A program made the position numbers and the translations under genes. From Flavobacteriaceae bacterium (lineage in GTDB: Bacteria > Bacteroidota > Bacteroidia > Flavobacteriales > Flavobacteriaceae): a DNA stretch of 32,000 nucleotides. Each line of letters begins with the position of its first letter. Position 1 is the stretch's first letter. The DNA is taken from assembly GCA_965224465.1 (NCBI GenBank), contig OZ245049.1:2430001-2462000 (forward strand), given 5' to 3'. The notes beneath the pieces are model-generated. The model did not search any database. It was not told the DNA's origin and saw only the letters and a program-made list of their open reading frames with translations. Positions 25,059 through 32,000 of the stretch are shown in pieces.

Positions 25059-27962
25059 TTAAAGCAATTCCATTACATCATTCAACGAAATATCATCCGT
25101 TCCAAAATCATCCAGAAAAGAACCAGATAATTCCTTTTTACGTTCTTGTAATGTGATGATTTTTTCTTCTAAAGTATCTCTTGACACAAAACGAGCTACA
25201 TGTACTTTTTGTTCTTGCCCCATTCTATGAGCTCTTGCTACAGCTTGTTTTTCGGCAAAAGGATTCCACCATGGATCAAGGATTACAACATAGGAAGCTG
25301 CGGTTAAATTAAGCCCTGTTCCTCCAGCTTTTAAGGAAACAAAAAATATAGAAATCGCTTTGTTTTCTTGAAATTCCTTAACCACCTCTTCTCTTTTAGA
25401 ACTCTGTGTACTTCCTGTTAATGTACAAAACTGAATGCCTTGTTGTGTAGACCAATTTTCGTAAAGACTTAAATGACTGACAAAAGAACTAAACACTAAT
25501 ATTTTTTTATTTGCCTTGATTAAGGTATCTAAATAAGCAGTTACGTACATAAATTTTCCAGAACTAACATCTGCGTATTCTTTATTGAGAAGGACTGGAT
25601 GGTTTGATAACTGACGCAAACGCATGATCTCTTTTAATACCTCTAATTTATTTTTCGATGAAATATTCAACAATTGATTGCGCACCAAAGATTTTTCTTT
25701 ATCGTAAAGTTTTTGTTGTTCCGTAGACATATCTACATAGAATATCTGACTATTTAAAGCAGGTAAATCTTTTAACACCTCTTCTTTAGAACGCCTTAAA
25801 ATATAAGGAGCAATCAGATTTTTTAACGAAGTAATAAGCCCCTCATTCTTTGTGCTTTCTATAGGAATTTGATACTGTTTTTTAAAAGAAGCGTACGTTC
25901 CTAACAAGCCGTTATTTATAAACTCCATTTGAGACCATAAATCAGACAAGCTGTTTTCTATGGGTGTACCACTTAAAGAAATCTTATGTACTGGTTTCAA
26001 AGAGTTAATAGCCTTAAAAACTTTGGAATTATTATTTTTTATATACTGACTCTCATCCAAAACCAAGTATGAGAGAGGCAATGTTTCAAAATGTTCAATA
26101 TCTCTCAATGCCGTTTGATAGGTAGTTAAAATAACGTCGTAATTTTTAATTCTCGATTTTATTTTTTTCCTACTAGGACCTCTATATTCAATTACATTTA
26201 AACTAGGCGCAAACTTTTTAAGTTCGTTTTTCCAGTTAAAAACCAAGGAGGCCGGAAGTACTAATAAGGCACACAAAGGCGTAGATCGTTGAAAAGAATT
26301 CTGAGAAAACAACGTGAAGGATTCACTTTCTGGAACCTCCTGATGTGCATCTATTAATTCTTGTTTCGCATAACATAGCACCGCAATGGTTTGTATGGTT
26401 TTACCCAAGCCCATGTCATCCGCCAAGCAGGCTCCCAATTTACTAATATGGTGTTCTAAAAGCCAAATAACACCCAATTTTTGATAATCGCGCAACGTAG
26501 CCTTAAAAATCGTAGGGATTACAAATTCGGGATGCAATGCTTCTAATTTACCCACTGGTTTTAAATCTAAAAACTCCAATACTGGGTATTGACTCTTGGA
26601 CAATAACAATGTTTGGTTTGTAATTTTACCCAATAAGAACAAGGGCTTATACCGTTCCATCCAAGCTATAGGAATTATAAAAAACTGATTATTAGGCAAC
26701 TTATAAAACCTATCACCCGCAATAATATTAGATTTTAAATCGATAAAGTTTATTCTATATTCCCCATGTACTACCACCGCTTTTACATCAAACCAATCGA
26801 TACTTTCAGAAGCCGAAATCTCCAAAGTAGTCTTCTCTATAGATAAGTTCTTTCTTTCCACTTCGAAAGGAACAATTTCAAACCCTTGCAATTCCAAATC
26901 TGTCTTACACACGACTAGCTGATTAACAATAGCATACGAGTCTTCGTCATTACTAAAACCAAAATAGTTATTTGAATCCTCTTGAAATCCCATGTCTTCT
27001 AATTTTGATATGAAGTGTGATTCCTGCAATTTATTCCTACTGGTCTTATACAGTTTTAAGGATTCCCCCTCCACTGCTATCGCAGTTTTAACTTGACGTT
27101 GTTCATCCATATAAAAAGACTCCTTGCCGTAAAAAAACTGAACTCGCAACAACAGCTCATCTCTTAAAAAATGATGAATTAGAAAGAGTCTACATGCCGT
27201 TACTTGATTAATTTCACACACCTCAAACCCTTCCGTCTCAATACTTAGATTATTACTAACCCCCAATACAAATTTCTCAAAATACATCAACTCGGTCCGT
27301 TTAGGAACAAAAATCGATTGCTTATTTAAAAACGGAAGTAATTTTTTAGCATTGATATATTTGAGTTTACACAACACTCCATCCATGCAAAAATAACCTT
27401 CTTTATCATATAGAATAAAAATAGCAGCATCTTCCGGAGCAATACATTTACCATGTACCTGAAGTTTTAGGGAATAATAAACCCCTTCTTCAGTTCTTTT
27501 AAAATGTAATAATGGAACAACAGACTCCTCTTTTAATTCAATTGAAACGGATCCTAAAAACTGATTTTTATCTTGAAAATAAAAAACAGGAGGTTTATGT
27601 TTTAATATAAGTTCAAAAAAACGATCTCTTTTTATATTGATATACCTTAGGACCACTTGGCGAATTGCTTGGTCTTTTACATACTCTTCAAAAGCAATGT
27701 TCTTTTTAAGATTCTTGACATATTTATCCTGCAACCTCTGTAAGGAAATATCCGCACACAAGGACAACAATTCTTTGTGATAAACATCATCTTCCTTGGC
27801 AAGATTACTGTTTTCTAAAACTGCATTCGTTGCTTTTTTAAAATAGTAGGTCAATGCTCCTTTTTCAACACTTGCTACAAATGGACTCGGTATATATATA
27901 TTCCCTAACTCTTTTATCAATATAAAATTATAGGCAAGTGCAAAGGAGGTTTCTTCTTTCAA
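25059..27962 (-). CDS. SNF2-family DEAD/DEAH-box helicase with a long N-terminal SNF2-associated region
   Basis: 967-aa ORF. LRDYQKLGVIWL, LADDMGLGKT (motif I), LVLDESQYIKN (DExx) and the C-terminal helicase motifs (LKAGGTGLNLT, QAVARAHRMGQ) are present. Confidence 0.88.
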   Translation of the reverse strand: MKEETSFALAYNFILIKELGNIYIPSPFVASVEKGALTYYFKKATNAVLENSNLAKEDDVYHKELLSLCADISLQRLQDKYVKNLKKNIAFEEYVKDQAIRQVVLRYINIKRDRFFELILKHKPPVFYFQDKNQFLGSVSIELKEESVVPLLHFKRTEEGVYYSLKLQVHGKCIAPEDAAIFILYDKEGYFCMDGVLCKLKYINAKKLLPFLNKQSIFVPKRTELMYFEKFVLGVSNNLSIETEGFEVCEINQVTACRLFLIHHFLRDELLLRVQFFYGKESFYMDEQRQVKTAIAVEGESLKLYKTSRNKLQESHFISKLEDMGFQEDSNNYFGFSNDEDSYAIVNQLVVCKTDLELQGFEIVPFEVERKNLSIEKTTLEISASESIDWFDVKAVVVHGEYRINFIDLKSNIIAGDRFYKLPNNQFFIIPIAWMERYKPLFLLGKITNQTLLLSKSQYPVLEFLDLKPVGKLEALHPEFVIPTIFKATLRDYQKLGVIWLLEHHISKLGACLADDMGLGKTIQTIAVLCYAKQELIDAHQEVPESESFTLFSQNSFQRSTPLCALLVLPASLVFNWKNELKKFAPSLNVIEYRGPSRKKIKSRIKNYDVILTTYQTALRDIEHFETLPLSYLVLDESQYIKNNNSKVFKAINSLKPVHKISLSGTPIENSLSDLWSQMEFINNGLLGTYASFKKQYQIPIESTKNEGLITSLKNLIAPYILRRSKEEVLKDLPALNSQIFYVDMSTEQQKLYDKEKSLVRNQLLNISSKNKLEVLKEIMRLRQLSNHPVLLNKEYADVSSGKFMYVTAYLDTLIKANKKILVFSSFVSHLSLYENWSTQQGIQFCTLTGSTQSSKREEVVKEFQENKAISIFFVSLKAGGTGLNLTAASYVVILDPWWNPFAEKQAVARAHRMGQEQKVHVARFVSRDTLEEKIITLQERKKELSGSFLDDFGTDDISLNDVMELL

Positions 27963-28327
27963 AATTAAAGTTATGATTTCTTACAAAGGTAAGGATTAGC
28001 CATCAATTGTAAAAAGAAATCAGTTTTTGATATCTATTTTTTTTTAAAAAATCTCAAATGATCGATGTAAAATCCAGCATTCCTTTCTCGTGGTTATAAA
28101 ATAATGGCGAAAACTGTTCTTAATTTTTCACCCAGAAAAAAAAACAAAGTCCAATCAATTTATCCAGTCACTCCGTTTCTTAAACAATCACTTTAAAATA
28201 CCGTTGTTTAACCCCCTTTGAATACCACAAAAAAACCTCTCTAAAACCACCTCAACAACTAGGAATTAGTAGAAACAAACAGCACTTCCTATAATTTCAC
28301 TTATTTTAGCCTTTAAACACGATTCTT

Positions 28328-29218
28328 ATGATGCAAAAAACCATTAGCAATGCATTTAAAAACGCAAAACATATAGCTATAGATCAACATTCAAAATTGA
28401 TTCTATTTAGTGATTGTCACCGCGGAAACCATAGCTATGCAGATGATTTTTCTCATAACAGTGAAATCTACGAACATGCACTTGCGCATTATTTTGAAAA
28501 CGAGTATACTTATATAGAACTTGGGGATGGGATTGAACTGTGGGAGAATCGTAATTTTTCGGAAATTTTTGAGTCGTACATCGAAGTTTTTGAGCTCCTT
28601 TTAAAATTTCACAAACAAAAAAGACTCCATTTTATATGGGGAAATCACGATATGGTTTTTAAAGACCAACAACAAGTACAACGTATTTTGGGTAGTTTCT
28701 TTGATAAAAATTGCAACGAAAAAAAGGTATTATTTGAAGATTTAATCATTCAAGAAGCCATTTCACTTGACGTAAAGGGTTTCGATAAATCCATCGTTCT
28801 AATGCATGGTCATCAAGCAGATTTTTTCAATTACTACTGTTGGAAACTAAGTCGTTTTCTTGTGCGATACTTATGGAAACCTTTACAATTAATAGGCTAT
28901 ACCGACCCTACGAGTCCTGCAAAAAACCACAAAGAATTAATTCGGGTAGAAAAACGCATCAAAAAATGGATCCAAAACAACAAAAATCAAATGGTAATTA
29001 CAGGACATACCCATCGTCCGAGATTTCCAAAACCTGATGAAATCCCCTATTTTAACGATGGTAGCTGTGTACATCCAAAATCCATCACGGGTTTAGAAAT
29101 TGTAAATTTAAAAATCTCTTTAATTAAGTGGGCAACAACCACTACCAAAGACGGCACGGTGAAAATTGAAAAAACAATAATTGAAGGGCCGTCAGCACTT
29201 AGTTTGTATCTTTCATAA
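28328..29218 (+). CDS. Calcineurin-like metallophosphoesterase
   Basis: 296-aa ORF with the motifs SDCHRG, GDGIE, GNHD, HGH and GHTHRP in the canonical order. Confidence 0.8.
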   Translation: MMQKTISNAFKNAKHIAIDQHSKLILFSDCHRGNHSYADDFSHNSEIYEHALAHYFENEYTYIELGDGIELWENRNFSEIFESYIEVFELLLKFHKQKRLHFIWGNHDMVFKDQQQVQRILGSFFDKNCNEKKVLFEDLIIQEAISLDVKGFDKSIVLMHGHQADFFNYYCWKLSRFLVRYLWKPLQLIGYTDPTSPAKNHKELIRVEKRIKKWIQNNKNQMVITGHTHRPRFPKPDEIPYFNDGSCVHPKSITGLEIVNLKISLIKWATTTTKDGTVKIEKTIIEGPSALSLYLS

Positions 29219-29230
29219 CTATATAATATC

Positions 29231-29336
29231 ACTTAAAATCCAAAATGACCGATATAAATAGTTTATTTTACGTTCTAGCGTTGTTAAAAAATAATTCCAT
29301 ATCTAAACCTTCACTTGGAAATTTAATTGAGGTTGG
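29231..29336 (+). repeat. Intergenic palindromic repeat family, copy G (internally deleted)
   Basis: acttaaaatccaaaatgaccgatataaatagtttattttacgttctagcgttgttaaaaaa|taattccatatctaaaccttcacttggaaatttaattgaggttgg. About 55 bp of the central part is missing, between two A-runs. Both arms are retained. Confidence 0.8.
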
Positions 29337-29352
29337 TATAAATAAACGCTTT

Positions 29353-30708
29353 CTAAAAAAACAGATCCACCAAATCATCCACTTTTGAAATTTTACGCAC
29401 AATAATTCCAAATTTCGAGGTGTCTATTTTATTGTATGACGAAATAACGATGGTTTCAAAACCTAATTTTTCTGCCTCAAGAATTCTTTGCTCAACACGG
29501 CTTACAGGTCTAATTTCACCTGCCAATCCTACTTCAGCAGCAAAACACGTATTGCTCGCCATAGGCTCATCCTCATTAGAAGATAAGATAGCACATACTA
29601 CGCCTAAATCAATAGCAGGGTCATCTACTTTTATACCTCCTGCAATATTCAAAAACACATCTTTTGCGCCCAATCTAAAGCCAGCCCTTTTTTCTAATAC
29701 AGCCAATAACATATTCAAACGTTTCACATTGTAGCCTGTAGCAGAACGCTGTGGCATTCCATACACAGCCGTACTCACCAACGCTTGAACTTCTATCATT
29801 AGCGGACGAGCACCTTCTAAAGTAGCCACGATAGCATTCCCGCTTAAATCATCATCTTTATCACTTATCAATACTTCTGACGGGTTGGAAACTTCACGCA
29901 ATCCCGTGTGTTGCATTTCGTAAATACCCAGTTCAGCAGTAGAGCCAAAACGATTTTTCTGAGCACGTAAAATTCGAAACGTATGATTTCGATCTCCCTC
30001 AAACTGTAAAACCACATCTACCATGTGCTCCAAAATTTTGGGCCCCGCAATACTTCCTTCTTTATTGATATGACCAATTAACAGTACAGGTGTAGACGTT
30101 TCTTTTGCAAATTTGGTCAACTCTGCAGTGGTTTCTCTAATTTGAGAGATACTACCAGGAGATGCCTCAATAAAATCGGTAAACAACGTTTGAATAGAAT
30201 CGATCACCACCACATCAGGCCTTTCTTTTTCTATATGTTTAAAAATGTTTTGCGTATTGGTTTCTGTAAGGATCAAACAATCATTATTGTTACATTTTAA
30301 ACGATCCGCACGCATTTTAATTTGAGATTGACTCTCTTCACCAGAAACATACAGGATTTTTTTAGGAATGGTTAAAGCTACTTGCAACAACAATGTAGAC
30401 TTCCCGATACCCGGTTCACCACCCAGTAATATAACAGATCCTCTAACAATACCACCGCCTAAAACGCGGTCTAACTCTTGGTTATTTGTTGTAATACGAT
30501 CCTCCTTTTGTATAGAAATCTCATTAATACTCAAGGGAATCACTTTCCTTTTTTTATCGGAAGACTGTTTCCATTCCCGTTTTTCTTCTTTTTGTGTAAT
30601 TTCTTCAACCACGGTATTCCACGCATTGCATGTTGTGCATTTCCCTAACCATTTAGGAAACTGTGCACCACAATTTTGACATAAAAAAATTGATGTTGTT
30701 TTTGCCAT
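29353..30708 (-). CDS. radA: DNA repair protein RadA (Sms)
   Basis: N-terminal zinc finger CQNCGAQFPKWLGKCTTCNAWNT, Walker A GGEPGIGKST, the KNRFG motif and a C-terminal Lon-like domain. Confidence 0.95.
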   Translation of the reverse strand: MAKTTSIFLCQNCGAQFPKWLGKCTTCNAWNTVVEEITQKEEKREWKQSSDKKRKVIPLSINEISIQKEDRITTNNQELDRVLGGGIVRGSVILLGGEPGIGKSTLLLQVALTIPKKILYVSGEESQSQIKMRADRLKCNNNDCLILTETNTQNIFKHIEKERPDVVVIDSIQTLFTDFIEASPGSISQIRETTAELTKFAKETSTPVLLIGHINKEGSIAGPKILEHMVDVVLQFEGDRNHTFRILRAQKNRFGSTAELGIYEMQHTGLREVSNPSEVLISDKDDDLSGNAIVATLEGARPLMIEVQALVSTAVYGMPQRSATGYNVKRLNMLLAVLEKRAGFRLGAKDVFLNIAGGIKVDDPAIDLGVVCAILSSNEDEPMASNTCFAAEVGLAGEIRPVSRVEQRILEAEKLGFETIVISSYNKIDTSKFGIIVRKISKVDDLVDLFF

Positions 30709-30741
30709 ATCTATTCAAATCTTAGGACAAAGAAAGGAAAT

Positions 30742-31713
30742 TTATGACTTCTTATTATAAATCGGAAGGAATAAAAATGACAAAAGTCCAAAAACCAGTA
30801 CCATCAAAGTTTGTGCAGTCCACATAATCCAACCAAAAGCTCTTGCAGCATTGTCGTCTACATTGTATAAAATAAGTGCACTCGCAACAAAAACAGGATA
30901 TGTCCCCAAGCCACCATTGGTCAATGCCATACTGAGTCCTCCGACTACAAAACCGACAATTATAGCTGTAAAAGGCAAATTTGTAGTTTCTGGCAATGCA
31001 AAAGTCACTGCATAAAACATGGCTAAGTACATCAACCAAATAAAAACAGTATGAAAAACAAACGATCCTTTGTTTTTCATTTTAAAAACACTGATTGCGC
31101 CTTCCATTAACCCGTTGATAAAATGAATGATTTTTACAATAAATGGATGCTTAGATTTTTTTAAATACCTAAAAAGCACAAACCCTACAGCAGGAACGAC
31201 CAAAATAAACATAATTTTAAACCAAACATTACTTCCTCCATCCGCTTTAAATAAATAGCTACTTATCAAATCTGCTTGTAAGAAAAAAGCCAATCCAATA
31301 ATCCCCAAAAGCATTATAACATCCGAAACCCGTTCAGCCACAATAGTTCCAAAAGCTTTTTCAAAAGGAATGCCTTCATATTTTTTTATAGCAGCTGCTC
31401 TTGCCACTTCCCCAGATCTTGGCACTAATAAATTCAATAAATAGGCCAACAAAACAGTCATTACACTATTTGCAAATCTAGGTTTATAACCTAAAGGAGC
31501 CAACAGAAACTGCCAACGATAAGCACGCGAAAGATGACTTAAAACACCAAAAACCAAGGACAAACCTACCCACCAATAATTGGCTGTTCTAAAAGAATTT
31601 TTTATAGATGCCAGATCCGTATCAGATAATTTGGACAAAGAGTACCAAATTAAAAATACTCCCAATAAAATTGGAAGTATTGCAAATATTGATTTTTTAA
31701 GTTTTTTTTTCAA
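30742..31713 (-). CDS. UPF0104 / lysylphosphatidylglycerol-synthase-like transmembrane-domain protein
   Basis: 323-aa polytopic membrane protein. The RAYRWQFLL and PRSGEVARA motifs are typical of this family. Confidence 0.6.
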   Translation of the reverse strand: MKKKLKKSIFAILPILLGVFLIWYSLSKLSDTDLASIKNSFRTANYWWVGLSLVFGVLSHLSRAYRWQFLLAPLGYKPRFANSVMTVLLAYLLNLLVPRSGEVARAAAIKKYEGIPFEKAFGTIVAERVSDVIMLLGIIGLAFFLQADLISSYLFKADGGSNVWFKIMFILVVPAVGFVLFRYLKKSKHPFIVKIIHFINGLMEGAISVFKMKNKGSFVFHTVFIWLMYLAMFYAVTFALPETTNLPFTAIIVGFVVGGLSMALTNGGLGTYPVFVASALILYNVDDNAARAFGWIMWTAQTLMVLVFGLLSFLFLPIYNKKS

Positions 31714-31718
31714 AAGGA

Positions 31719-32000
31719 TTATTTCAATAAATTGTTATTTTCATTTGGAAAAACAAGCGCTGGTTTAAACGTTTTTGCTTCGTCTAAATCCATAAAAGCA
31801 TAGGTGATTAAAATAAGAACATCTCCCACAGCAACCAACCTTGCAGCGGCACCATTTAGCGTTATTTCCCCACTATTTCTAGGTCCAGGAATAGCATAAG
31901 TTTCCAAACGCGCCCCATTATTATTATTCACAATCTGCACCTTCTCTCCTTCAATAATTTTGGCGGCATCCATTAAATCTTCATCAATAGTAATACTTCC
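31719..32000 (-). CDS. panD: Aspartate 1-decarboxylase (pyruvoyl-dependent), C-terminal part; the N-terminus lies beyond the window edge
   Basis: The minus strand reads ..[60 protein letters not shown]. This contains the G-S self-processing site context and the conserved PanD core. Confidence 0.85.
   Translation of the reverse strand, partial: GSITIDEDLMDAAKIIEGEKVQIVNNNNGARLETYAIPGPRNSGEITLNGAAARLVAVGDVLILITYAFMDLDEAKTFKPALVFPNENNNLLK

Noticed and set aside
25059-29218. The SNF2 helicase plus metallophosphoesterase as a candidate phage-defence system
   Set aside because: The two genes are divergently transcribed and separated by a 365-bp spacer. They are flanked by core genes (ruvB, radA). 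No methyltransferase, nuclease, PLD or DUF1998-type partners are present. This looks like the common housekeeping SNF2 (RapA-like) gene of Bacteroidota.
3605-29340. Whether the recurring repeat could be a CRISPR array or part of one
   Set aside because: The copies are about 150 bp long and dispersed over 26 kb on both strands, each in a different intergenic spacer. There is no regular repeat-spacer periodicity and there are no cas genes.
1184-30679. Many 60-130-aa ORFs antisense to, or out of frame within, large genes: 1184-1489, 2695-2904, 5414-5809, 8375-8704, 9101-9409, 9903-10283, 12097-12309, 12654-12887, 13999-14190, 18210-18404, 20551-21002, 22033-22390, 23991-24257, 28840-29037, 29047-29232, 29420-29734, 30368-30679, 30755-31039 and 31580-31768
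   Set aside because: These are shadow ORFs fully or largely overlapping well-supported genes. None shows recognisable motifs.

Overview
This 32-kb window looks like a chromosomal segment from a low-GC Bacteroidota genome, probably Flavobacteriia. That assignment is an inference from AT-rich sequence, TAnnTTTG-type -7 promoter boxes, a TPP-riboswitch-controlled TonB-dependent receptor and the overall gene content. Most genes are housekeeping: comM/yifB, ahcY, a pnuC plus NadR-like kinase/DUF4301 unit, arfB, ruvB, radA, panD, a SulP permease with a persulfide-dioxygenase/rhodanese cluster, and an SNF2 helicase. One decayed accessory patch lies at about 16.0-18.95 kb. It holds a RelE/ParE toxin-antitoxin cassette bracketed by repeats, an orphan RHS core-tip remnant invaded by GC-rich hairpins, and an IS30 element inserted in a YwqK/MORN-like gene. 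The most unusual signal is non-coding: a roughly 150-bp imperfect-palindrome repeat family. It has 7 clear copies plus several relics and occupies about half of the larger intergenic spacers. Its long terminal inverted arms and an internal hairpin show matched, compensatory-looking substitutions. One copy sits exactly at the junction of a decayed duplicate of the comM 3' end. I could not assign the repeat to a named IS, MITE or Rfam family from memory. I found no CRISPR array, tRNA or rRNA by eye.
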